From the NCBI RefSeq assembly GCF_018350175.1, contig NC_058368.1:212166001-212230000 (forward strand): a stretch of 64,000 bases of DNA. The letters run 5' to 3'. The position numbers and the translations under genes are program-made. Below, piece after piece: positions 52,831 through 64,000 of the stretch. The DNA comes from Felis catus. Taxonomy: Eukaryota. Under the pieces are notes generated by a model. That model was given only the letters and a program-made list of their open reading frames with translations. It made no database searches and was not told the origin of the DNA. Each line of letters begins with the position of its first letter. The stretch's first letter is position 1.

Positions 52831-53866
52831 ATACTTGGTTTAATTTTCACAACAATCTGAATGGTAGGCTTTATTAATTCCATTTTATAGATGAAGAAAT
52901 TGAGACTTGGAGGTTAAGAAACTTACATGAGGTCATACAACTAGAAAATAAATGGGGGAGTATTTGTTTAAGCATAAGGTAGACTCCAGTGCCAGTGTGC
53001 TTTCTACCATAGACATTAATTCAATAAGCACTGAACAAAGAGTAAACTAAGGAGGAAGAGTGAATCAATAACTATTTTGGAGGAAACCAAACCTTCCACG
53101 TGCCCTGGAAAGGAAGGTAGTGAATTACAACTGTAGAACACAGAGTTAGAGTCAAAGCTTACAGAAGACTGAGCCCCCTACAGCTACTTACTGCCTACAA
53201 TGTCAAGCAGCCATACTTATTCCTGAGGCTCTGGGCCAATACCTGGTGTTTGGGGGGGGGGGGGGGGAGGGCAGCAGCCACCACTGTCCCCTCTTTCTCC
53301 TCCTTACCTGCTCAGCTCTGGGGCATATAAAGTGCCTGCTACTCCCATGCTCTGGACTGAGGCCTCTAAGACTTCCACATATAATGAGCCTTCAGAATCA
53401 TTATACAGCTTTCAGAATCCAGGAATTTGCAGAGGAGCCTAGATCGCCTTGTCAGAGAAACGGCATCGGCAGGTTTTTAAAGATGAGCAATCAGATCTGC
53501 TTTCTGGTTATGAAAAAGATGTATTCTTTATGCTTCCTCAGTAGCTTCTGGGAGCCCTAATCAGGCACTGTTCCCTGAAGGTCTCCCCAAACCCTCCTTT
53601 CTAAAGTAGTATTCTGTTCTGAGTAAACCACACAGTTGGAAGACTTCCCTCTGAGGAAGCAGAGGACATGGAAATGCAAAAATATTTCTCTTGAGCTTTT
53701 GAGGGTCTGAGCACCCTTAGGTGCTTTCCCTGATGCACGATGCTGCCTTGTCTATACACACTCTCTAGCAGACTGCCATCATGAGACTGTGGACCCCTTT
53801 GGTATGTCAGTCAGCCCATACTGCCTGCATGGAAGAGGCATTTCAGCTGTTGGAATGTCCCTACAC

Positions 53867-54052
53867 CAGAGGTTCTCAAACTTTAGCTCACTTCAGAATC
53901 ACCTGGGGGTTTCTTAATACACAGATGGCTGGACCCCATTCCCAGAGTGTCTAGTTTGGAGGTCTGGGGTGGAGCCTGAATTCTTCATTTCTAACAAGTA
54001 TCTAGAAGATGCTGAAGTTGCTGGTCTGGAGACCACACTTGGAGAATCACTG
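53867..54052. mobile_element. MER5A MITE
   Basis: cagaggttctcaaacttt...cagaatcacctggg...ttctaacaag...ccacacttggagaatcactg. Confidence 0.85.
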
Positions 54053-54406
54053 GTTTACACTTTCTTCACCTCCTTTCCTAGATATTACTTGGCCAGATGG
54101 CCCTGAATCTATATGTACACGTGTAGGTAGAATGATCTCCAATGGGGGAATCCCTCCCTTCTCTCCTCAGATAGGATTAAAAAGAGATAGAATAAATGGG
54201 AAAAATCCATGTTGACTCTCAAAGTTGGAATACCATGAAATCAATAGCTTAGTTCTTTTATTGAACAAAAAGGGTTAATTATATGTAATTACCCTGTTTC
54301 CTATGGTACCACCACATATGTCATGCCTGATATAATGGGGGAGATGTTGGCAACCATAATTATTTTGTTGTTGTTACCATACAATAAAGATTTTTCAAGG
54401 TTCTTT

Positions 54407-54615
54407 AAAAAAACTTTTTTTCATGTTTATTTTTGAGAGAAAGAGAGGGAGAGCGAGAGAGCAGGGGAGGGGCAGAGAGAGAATCCCAAGCAAGCTCCAT
54501 GCTGTCAGTGCAGAGCCTGACGTGGGGCTCGATCTCACCAACCAAACCATGAGATCAGGACCTGAGCCGAAATCAAGAGTCAGATGTTTCACTGACCGAG
54601 CCATCCAGGCATCCC
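54407..54615 (-). mobile_element. CanSINE (first of a tandem pair)
   Basis: Reverse SINE bounded by tcaaggttcttt / tcaaagtacttt. Confidence 0.9.
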
Positions 54616-54627
54616 TCAAAGTACTTT

Positions 54628-54838
54628 TTTTAAAGGTTTATTTCTTTATTTTGAGAGAGAGAGCTCATGCAGAAGTGAGGTAGGAGCAGAGAGAGAAAGG
54701 GAGAGAGAGAATCCCAAGCAGGCTTTGCACTGTCAGTGCAGAGCCTGACACAGGACTTGAAATCATGAACCACAAGATAATGACCTGAATTGAAACCAAG
54801 AGTTGGACGCTTAACTGACTGAGCCATCCAGGTGCCCC
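54628..54838 (-). mobile_element. CanSINE (second of a tandem pair)
   Basis: Bounded by tcaaagtacttt / tcaaagtatttt. Confidence 0.9.
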
Positions 54839-54951
54839 TCAAAGTATTTTTCAAAGATTCTTGGTGGATTATGTAATTTCCTCCTAGAAACCTTATGAAA
54901 ATGAGACAATAAATCTTATAAAATTATACTAGTGAGCAAAAACCTGACACA

Positions 54952-55187
54952 TTTTATTTTTTTTTAATTTTTTTTTTCCTTTTTCAACGTTTATTTATTT
55001 TTGGGACAGAGAGAGACAGAGCATGAACGGGGGAGGGGCAGAGAGAGAGGGAGACACAGAATCGGAAACAGGCTCCAGGTTCTGAGCCATCAGCCCAGAG
55101 CCTGACGCGGGGCTCGAACTCACGGACCGCAAGATCGTGACCTGGCTGAAGTCGGACGCTTAACCGACTGCGCCACCCAGGCGCCCC
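54952..55187 (-). mobile_element. Young SINEC_Fc-type CanSINE without TSD
   Basis: Near-identical to 29023-29248; flanks are unrelated to each other. Confidence 0.93.
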
Positions 55188-55824
55188 TAGAGTTGTATCC
55201 CTTTAGGAATCCAGCCTGTCGTCTCAAATTTATCTTGTGAGCATGACAGCCAATGCATCAGACCCCTGGGCAAACCCATCAATTTCCCTATTCTGTATAT
55301 GGACATATTTAGTTCTAAAGTTCTATGTAGTGGGTAAGGAAGACTGAATCCCATCGTAAGAGGAGATTAACATAATCGTATTGCAAATGTGTCCCTGTTT
55401 GGACTGTCAGAACTAGTCACAAGAAAAACATCTACATTTTACATTTTGGTTTATAGATACTTGCGCCAGAAGGCAAAATGCAAATAACATTATGTCCATT
55501 CTGCCATGACCTCTCATTTAGGTTTTTAACCAATATCCCTTCTGTTTGGCATACTATTTTCCATCAAACTATTTGGCATCTTCTGATTTTTTTCTCTTCC
55601 TCATATCCTTAGAATGTCCTTTTTCAATCTCCTTTCTCTAAGTTTTGTTTCACCACTGCCATTTGGTCACTGTGAGGAACCTGGCATATATGTTGCGGAT
55701 TCCAATATATATACTAATATTCTTAATCCTGTACGCAACACAAATGATAATAAAAAGGTCTTCTCTTATCACTGAAAATGTCACCATGCGATCTTTACCT
55801 AACCTCGTCCCTGTGATATATCAG

Positions 55825-55968
55825 TGTTCCAGGTCCTGTGGAGGTGGAGTTCAGGAGAGAGGAGTGATTTGTCTAGGAGGTCTCTGTGACTGGACAAAAA
55901 GGCCCACATCCACCGCACCCTGCAACAGCCATCCTTGTTGTCACTGGGCCACTGGGAACTGGGACCTG
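55825..55968 (+). CDS. ADAMTS12: ADAMTS12 coding exon, TSR7/8 (approx. exon 22), phase 0 to 0
   Basis: atatatcag|TGT ... CTG|gtaaga; 144 bp. [48 protein letters not shown]. Confidence 0.95.
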
Positions 55969-58089
55969 GTAAGAGCCGGTTATAGTCTCTTCAATTTATT
56001 TTAGTCTTTTAAAAAATAGTGTTTCTTTTCTTTTGATTTACAAGGTAGTATATATTCATGGAAAATGTTCAGCAAATCCATTGATTTAGTTCCAGTACTC
56101 TTCTGCCATTAATTCCTCTAAATCTGCTGAAAGTTGATCCTTGCTGACATGTGGTCAATGTTTACTGTCTTGAAGAGAAAACTTCAAATGCATTCAATAC
56201 AAAGCAGATCAAATACCAACATGATCTCAGAGGCACAAAGCCCAAAGAAAAGCAGTTTTGGGTCGCAATACCTTGGATCCTGTGGCTTTTCCTGAAGCAA
56301 ACAGGAGTTGTTAATGCCCTGAAGCTGGAGGCTTAGCCTGATTTCCTGAGTTTCAGATCTTGTCAATTCACAGATCAGTTTGCCAGATGGCCAGTCTGTT
56401 TAATGGAGAGACAAACAAACAAACTGTAAATGAGAGAAAGATTTATTATTGTCACAAAGTTTGTTATAAAAATAACTGTATCAGTGACCCTGAAAACAAA
56501 GAAGATCCTCCCACAGACAGATTCTCCCAGCACTTTGATTTGTCATATCCTGAATTCTCTAGAAAACAGAGTCCTAAGACCAAAGCTAACGCTTTATTAG
56601 GAAATACAGTACCAGAAAATCAGGGGTGATAGGAAAGAGGAAGGAGACAGGGAAAGAATGGATCAAATATGAGGTGGTGCATTACCAGACTGACCACTTG
56701 TCCTAACTGACTGTTGCTTGGTGTCAGGAACAACTGGTTGCTCTCAAAAGAAGACCTTCAAAAAGCTAGCTATATGAACTCTCTTAGGGTAGTTTGTCCA
56801 GCGGCAAGAAGGGAGAAGATGATTTACTGGTTCCTATCTCTTAGGATTGAGTAAAAAGTCTTCTCTCAGATGGCTAATATCCCCTGTTGTCTTGGGCTAT
56901 TCATGTGTGGGCATTGGGCAGGCCCCACCATGTTGCATGTCTCAGCCAGAAAAGCCCAGAATCAAGAGGTGAGAGGCACACAGCATGGGTATAGGAGGTG
57001 CAGGCCAATAGACTATGCTTTCATGAAGTTAGTTACCATCTCAGCTGGGGCAGATCAATGGCCAACAGCTGGGGAACAAGGGGAGCCAAGAGGATCTGAT
57101 ATACAAATCCCTCAACTGTTAATATTTTGTAATGTAAAACTTGTTCTTGTTTAAGTATATTTTGATAGTTATAACACAGGCCAATGCAGTATTTTGACAA
57201 ACATAATGCCCCCAGATATTTTTAAGCTGCTATATCCTTAGTGATTCTCACTGTTCATTGCTGTATAGTTGCTCCTGCATAGGTATAATCAATTCACACT
57301 CTGGCAAGTACTCTTGAAAAAGGCTTCTACTGGTACATCCAACTCAAGATTGTGCTGGTCTCTGGATAATACCTGCTCAAATCCAGGAAGAACAAGATGA
57401 TTTATTATTGCTAAAGGAACATTGTCCATTAATCACTTAGCCTGCAAAAAATTAAAAATGCATATTTTATTATATTCATAGCTTAAAAAATTTCCAGTAG
57501 ACAAAGAAGAACGATGTCAACCACTTCAGTAGGTAGACAGGGCACATCATATTTTCTATCGATTCCCTATCTTCATTGGCATCTAATACTGATTCATAAT
57601 GAATTGCCAAAGAAGATACTGGTGTCAGGACAAGCTTTTGTTTTTGCAACCTGCTGAACTGTGTGCCAGGGCCAGTAGCTGACTTTCACCCTGTCCCCAT
57701 GGGCCATGTGAACAACAGAAAATGTCACATGCAATTTTACTTTTTTTCATGTAAATATAATTTAATCACTTTACATTTGGCATCTCCCTTGGAAAATGAC
57801 TTTATTTCCTGTTCACTAGAAATTCAGTTATTCCAAAACCAATTTTCTTCATCCATCTTTGATTTCAAAACCTGAAAAGACTTTACCCAACAAATAAATA
57901 TGTGTTTCAGGATTAAGCTCTTCAAAAATACCCTGGAACCCTATATAACAATATAAGCATCACTAATCAAATCAAATGTGACCATTAGAAGAAAATAATT
58001 CATACCATGTGAACTATTATGAAAATGTTATAACTTTGGCCCCATTCAGGAACACAAAATCCCATAGAAGATTAACAACTACAGATGAA

Positions 58090-58105
58090 CATTTTTTTTA
58101 AATAT

Positions 58106-58140
<35 letters not shown>

Positions 58141-58323
58141 TTTTTGAGAAACAGAGAGCGCACAAGCTGGGAAGGGGCAGAGAGGGAAACAGAGAATCCC
58201 AAGCAGTCTCCATGCTGTCAGCACAGAGCCCAATGTGGTGCTCAAACCCATGAACCATGAGATCATGACCTGAGCCAAAACCAAGAGTCAGATGCTCAAC
58301 TGACTGAGCCACCCAGGCACCCC
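58090..58323 (-). mobile_element. CanSINE with (TTTA)n tail
   Basis: TSD tacagatgaa / tacggatgaa. Confidence 0.9.
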
Positions 58324-58987
58324 TACGGATGAATTAAGTCTGTCAATTCCCTGAGGCTCTTGTACCTTATTATTTAGCTCAACAGTTTCTTTTTGGCAAG
58401 AAAGATAATGATAGCCCAGTAAATATTATAATAATGATGTGTGAAGCATATCCTGTTCTTAGGGAACTAAGTGAGGAAAGAAAATTGTCAAAAACACCCC
58501 CCCCTCCATTTACCTATAATATGGTCTGCTTCTCATTTTGGCCCTCAGGTAGTATCTGCTAGAAGCAGATAGGCAGACTTACAGTTGACTTAGCATGCCA
58601 GAGAAAGCTAAATTGTAAATTGTGAGGTTCTGTGTGGTTGTTATTCTTCAGTCAAATTTCCAGCACATTTTTTTATAATAATGTGTCTGGAGTTAGAACG
58701 GAAAGTATTAAAATCAACGAGAAATTTAAACTACATAGACTGACACAGAAGTTCTACCTGTAGTAATTTAGCCCACAAATATTCCATCAAACGTAATCCT
58801 AGATGATGATAAAGATGTTCGTTTCCATGTTGTTTGTAACAGCAATTCCTAAAAATAACCTAATATCCTTTGATAGAAGAACTGGTCAGTCTATTAATTT
58901 ATTAGAGTACAGCCCTTTTAAGAATGAGGTAGACCTATATTTCTGAGTTGTAAAAATTCCTAACAACAGAAATTCAAAGTTTCTTTA

Positions 58988-59211
58988 TTTTTAAAAAAAA
59001 TTTTTTAATGTTTATTTTTATATTTGAGACAGAGAGAAACAGAGCATGAGCGGGGGAGGGTCAGAGAGAGAGGGAGACACAGAATCTGAAACAGGCTCCA
59101 GACTCTGAGCTGTCAGCACAGAGCCCGACATGGGGCTTGAACTCACGAACCGTGAGATCATGACTGGAGGCGAAGTCGGACACTTAACCGACTGAGCCAC
59201 CCAGGTGCCCC
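58988..59211 (-). mobile_element. CanSINE
   Basis: TSD tcaaagtttcttta. Confidence 0.92.
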
Positions 59212-59419
59212 TCAAAGTTTCTTTAAAGAGAGTTAGAGGTTACTGCATTTTGGAGGTGGACATGAGTTAAAGTTTCCTTGGAAGAGCCATTTGTCAAAAA
59301 TTCATCAATTGCGCATATCAAAGAATAGGGGGCTTGAAAGGTGGCTAACACCTACCAAGCCAGGCTTTGGAATTACTCTTGACCTCTGAGATCTATTATC
59401 AAGTGAAAAACACGAATTA

Positions 59420-60540
59420 CGGAGGCCAGGGAACGCATGTGGATGGATTGAGCATACACATTTGCCTCTCTTCCCCAAACTGCATTAAATAGAAGAGAAA
59501 AAAATTAAAAACACCTCAAATCCACAAAGACCAGAGGATAGAAGACAATATCAGAGAAGGAATCAATAAAATTTTGGAAGCTAGAACCAGATAGGCAAAC
59601 ATATAGTTGACTTTGCATGCCAGAGAAAGCTAAAAACTGTCTATAGCACAGAAATTTTCCAGGCAGCTTCTGAGGCAGCAGTGAAGGTGGGGGAAAATGG
59701 AGAGTTGGTTGAAAGTTTGTAAAAGAGACAGTTGGATCTTTAGAGCTTTCCTACTTCCTGACCATAACCTGGAGGTCTTCTTGCTGCAGAAGTAAACCAA
59801 GAGAGACCTTGGAATCAGCCACAGGTGGTGGGAACAAAAGAGCTCATCTCACCAATGGTTATGTGAAAATACACTCAGTAAATTGTGTCCTCCTTTCCCT
59901 AACAGAGCTCCACAAAGGCAAGGGACCGGGTTGGCCTCAAGAGAAAAAAAAATTCATATAATAGATCTCCTCCTGATCACCTTATATAAAACCACTTCAC
60001 AATAACTGCCATCCATGGAACTTCCAGTCAGCTCATAGTTACCTCATCTTAAGTAGATAGGCTAGGATTACTGGACATTTAAGAAAATCTATTACACCAA
60101 GGACAAAATAACAAACGGAACAAAAGAAACTCCAAGGAACAGAGACCTTGAAAAGAACATCAAACTTCCCCCCAAAAAACTATAATTAATTTCTTCAGAG
60201 AAATAGGAGACTACACCCATGACCTAGCTTCCTATTGCAGCTATATAAAAGGAATACTCAGAGAATATAAAGAGATCTTAAGTATTTTTATAATAGAAAG
60301 GTAAAAAAGTAAGTAGAAGGGTTGGGGAAATAATGTGAAGAAATCTCTCAAGAAAATACAAAAAGAAAATGCAATAAAAAATAAATAAAAGATGAGAAAA
60401 TTAGAGGATCAGACCGGGAGGTATGAAATTGAAATAGGATTTCAGAAAGAGAGAATAGAGATGGAATAGAAATGAGGCAATCAAAGAATTAATACAAGAA
60501 AAATTTCCAAATCTGAAGAACGTGAGTCTCCATGCCCATT
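59420..60540 (+). mobile_element. Ancient L1/HAL1-like 5' and ORF1 relic
   Basis: A-rich; gaagaaatctctcaagaaa...aaattagaggatcag...aatacaagaaaaatttccaaatctgaaga, typical of ORF1 (IQENFP-like). Confidence 0.6.
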
Positions 60541-61726
60541 AAATTCTGTAAGAGAAAGGAAAGTCAGAAGAGAGGTGGACCTGTTTCTATGTTAGCAAAA
60601 GCCAAAAAAAAAAAAAAAAAAAAAAATCTTACTTTACATGGTTGCTACCAGGACTGAACTCAAGGATATTTCCTGTGCACTTAGAACTGTGCCTACCATA
60701 TATTAGTAGTAAGTGTAAGAAAACTATTCAGTGAAGATGCTTGCATTAGTTTTGAAACATCTAATGGTTCCTCCTTTTCCTATTTCTCCAATCCATCTAT
60801 GTTGGTTGAGTGGTAGCAACAACAGAGTTTTATAGCTTCACACAGAGTGAGTCTTTGCTGATCATCTGCTAAGCCCTGGGAGTCAACATTTCCAAACAGG
60901 CCAGCTTAAGCTGAAGAGAACCCTTGGGCTCTGATTGGATAAGGCATCCAGGACTGAATGAGACTAGTATGCAGTTCACCTTAGGGTATGGTCAATTCAG
61001 TTACTCAGTAGCCTTAGCTGGGAGCTAAGCTGCATCTTTATTTTGGAGTTCTCAGTTCTACACAAAGATTCCTTATTATCAATGGTTCCAAAGAAGTGGA
61101 ACTCAGCATTAAAAGAGGTGTACCTTCTCTCTAAAACCCCAAACTGACCGCATTACCACAATTAACAAAACCCAAATCAGTAACCATGCTTCCTGTTTAA
61201 TCCTCCAATTAAGTACAACACAAATTCATGCATCTTCTTTATCACAAGTCATTTTAATTGACTAATTAATGCATGGATAGTGACCTCTCTGCTCATTTTT
61301 GTGCTTGGCTTGGAATTAGTTCTTCCATCTTTATCTGCCCCGGACAAGAGGGCCAGCAGGACTTCAGCACCCTGGACCAGCCCAGCCTTGTTCCATCAGA
61401 CCCTTAGGAGCAGAAAGTAGGAAAAGAAGTAATTTGTTCTTTATGTAACAACTTTATTTTACGGAGGAAGAAAGAGAGTGGTTGAATGATTGATCCAGAA
61501 CAATATGCAGTGAGTGGAAAAGCCCATCTCCAGAATCCTGGTCCAGGACTCTTGATCAAATTCTGGCTTGATTAACTGCCCTTGTTCTTCCTGTTGTCTT
61601 CTGTTGCACACTTTTATTTACTCAAGATCAGCTCAGTAGTTATTTCTGGTTTCTGCCCTCTGGGAAGTTTAATTATATAAGAAAGAAAATGTTGAAATGG
61701 AATGTTAGTCATTAGAGTATCTGTGG

Positions 61727-62160
61727 TCCACAATAGCCAAAATGCGGAAGCACCCAAGTGTCCATCCACAGATGAATGGATAAACAAAATGTGGTATATA
61801 CATACAGTGGAATATTATTCCACCTTAAAAGAAATTCTGGTACATGCTATATTGCAGAGGAAACTTGAAGACATTATGCTAACTGAAGTAATCCAGGGAC
61901 AACTCTACTTATATGAGGTACATACAATAGTCAAATTCATAAAGATGAAAAATAGATTGGTGGTTGCCAGGGGCTAGTGGTGGGGGTGGAAGATGGGGAA
62001 CTCTTATTTAATGAGTACAGAGTTTCAATTTGGAAATACAAAAAAGGTCTAGAGATGGATAGAAGTGATGATTGCACAACCATGAGAATACACTTAGGGC
62101 ACTGGATTGTATACTTAAAAATGGTTAAAATCATGAATTTTATGTTGTGTATGTGTGTGT
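61727..62160 (+). mobile_element. L1MB-type 3' end followed by (TA)n-rich DNA
   Basis: Translates PKCPSTDEWINKMWYIHTVEYYS; 3' UTR gtggttgccagggg...atacttaaaaatggttaaa. Confidence 0.85.
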
Positions 62161-62788
62161 GTGTATAATATATTATAGTATATATTTTATATATTTTTAA
62201 TATATATAATATAAATATTTATATATTATATTTTAATATATTACATACATTTATATTATATATTTTCATAATATATAGACAAAATAAAAAATTTTTTCTG
62301 CTTCCAGGCAGCCACTGGATGACACTGCGATAAAATCTTGTGAGTGGCTTGAGGCCATACATGGTCCAGCTGGACCCATTCCAGATTCTCTCTCCATTCT
62401 TTCATGGTTTCCTCTCCTACTTCTCTTTCTTCACGTCTGATTCCCAGCCTCAAGTGAAATCTAGTTCAGAGAAACTGGATTTCTGAGGCACCAGGGCTTA
62501 GAAATGAAATCTTTTTCTATTTTGCTTGTATTTCAAACTTTGTCCACATTCCTCAGAGAACCCAACAGTCAATTAAGTTAAATTCAATCCACACAGTGAG
62601 TAGTATAGACTCTGCCTAAATTCACATCTCCAAATTTGTAGTGCCTTATTCTCTGACTCCTTCAGAACGATTTCTGATAATCGAGACTGTCCCCTCCTTG
62701 AGTATGGTGGGGCTAGCGGTGCTCTGCTAGAGTCCCCCTGGTGGTCCCAGGGAAGAACCGTGACTCTCTGTGCACCCCTCTTTTTCAG

Positions 62789-62942
62789 TGCACTGCTTCC
62801 TGTGGAGGGGGCTTTCAGAAGAGGACTGTGCATTGTGTCTCCTCAGAAGACAACACAACTGAAGACCGATGCGTGTGTGATCACGAAGCCAGACCTCCAG
62901 AAGTCCAGAAGTGCAGCCTGCAGGCCTGCAAGAAGAGTGCTG
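62789..62942 (+). CDS. ADAMTS12: ADAMTS12 coding exon, TSR8 remainder (approx. exon 23, penultimate), phase 0 to 1
   Basis: ctctttttcag|TGC ... GCTG|gtgggt. [51 protein letters not shown]. Donor position inferred from the expected continuation into the PLAC exon. Confidence 0.92.
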
Positions 62943-63284
62943 GTGGGTGAACGCCTTTGCCCAGGGGGGAGAGAACATTTCATCAATAAGGTGTCCTGTA
63001 TGAATCGACTGTGGATAATTTTAGTCCCCTTTATTGAGCGAAGAATCTTAATGCTGAAGAGGCCAGCCAGCTCCACTCAGAACAAGCTGTCTGTTGATCT
63101 GGTGATCCTTGAGGGATTATCTCTTTCATTTTCCCATCTCAAAGCACGTTCACACTGATGTCATCCCACACAGATGAGAATCACTTCTGTTTTTTCAGAA
63201 ATTTCTGAGAGATGCTCCAGCCTTTCTCAGGAAACCAGTCAAGTGGTGAACGGCTGTCTCTATCAATCCAGCACCACTGGCGTA

Positions 63285-63630
63285 GGTCAGGTTCCACAGA
63301 AACAGCTCTGAGGTACAAATTTATGTGCAAGGGATTCACTTAGGAAGTGCTCCCAAGGAAAACCATTAAGGGAATAGGAGAAGCAAGACAAAAGAGGGCA
63401 AAAGCACAGCCAGGCTGCTGTTTCAGACTGGTCCCACAGGGAAGCTCTAGGGTGTAAGCTATATGTCAGATCTGTCTGTTCCTGAGGCCTGTGAGCTGGA
63501 CTTTCACACTCCCACACTCTTCACATTGGCCAACGGCTACACTGGGGAAAGTGAATTCGCAGGTCTTAAAAGCTCTCTACGTGGAGAGACAAAGCAACTC
63601 CAGGAGGGTCTGTGGGCAGTCCTCCAAAAG
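63285..63630. mobile_element. Possible old ERVL-type solo LTR relic (LTR16/LTR33-like); a similar relic lies at ~56545-56800
   Basis: ggttccacagaaacagctctgagg...tgcaagggattcacttaggaagtgctc. Weak resemblance only. Confidence 0.4.
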
Positions 63631-64000
63631 AGCAAGAATCACTGGGTATTAGAGGCTACATAACAGGGATGCTGGGACTTAGCAGGGTAGGGGGTTGGGG
63701 TGACACATGAAAATAGACCAAAAAACATAAGGAGGGACACCTGAACAGAGGAAGATCACTGTTACCTGCTACATTCAACTTCCACTTTCCGAAAGCATCC
63801 CGATCTGAATAACGTATGGTCACCTTCGTCATTTAAGTCCATTGAGCTGCAGCCTGGAAAGGTTAAGTGGCCCGTTCATGAAGACCCGGTGGGCTGACTT
63901 CAGAGCCAGAGCACCAAGCCAGGTCTTCTCCTCACATGCGTCACTTCCTCGGGGGTGAAAAGAATCCAGCTTTGGAATCAGACAGCAATGGGTTTGCATC

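Noticed and set aside
7281..59211. tRNA genes suggested by A/B-box-like motifs (tggctcagtcggttaag, gttcgagccc)
   Set aside because: All are heads of tRNA-derived CanSINEs followed by (CT)n and A-tails.
817..63663. The many short non-ADAMTS ORFs in the six-frame track
   Set aside because: They are SINE, L1, LTR or microsatellite translations (for example AQVMISQF...SLEPASDSVSPSLS), antisense shadows of real exons, or chance ORFs with no recognisable domain or splice context.

Overview
Mammalian genomic DNA, most likely Felidae (feline-type CanSINE/SINEC_Fc and L1 3' ends throughout). The window lies inside one + strand gene, ADAMTS12. Nine coding exons with canonical AG/GT boundaries and matching phases splice into one open frame: spacer domain, TSR2-4, the large mucin/proteoglycan exon, then TSR5-8. 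By my recollection of the human gene these are exons ~15-23 of 24; the terminal PLAC exon lies beyond the window. The other ~96% is intron filled with ~30 CanSINEs, L1 fragments of several ages, MaLR/MER21-like solo LTRs, hAT MITEs, MIR/L2 relics and microsatellites. I found no new gene system. The most unusual signals are structural: (1) a SINE-oldL1-SINE cassette inside one perfect target-site duplication (TSD); (2) a SINE-L1 chimeric retrocopy with a single TSD; (3) an oldL1-like+SINE patch replacing part of an LTR; (4) two ~55-bp local templated copies, each ~1 kb from its partner; (5) a young inverted L1 pair bracketing four exons. Repeat subfamily names are from memory of consensus sequences and need RepeatMasker/Dfam confirmation.
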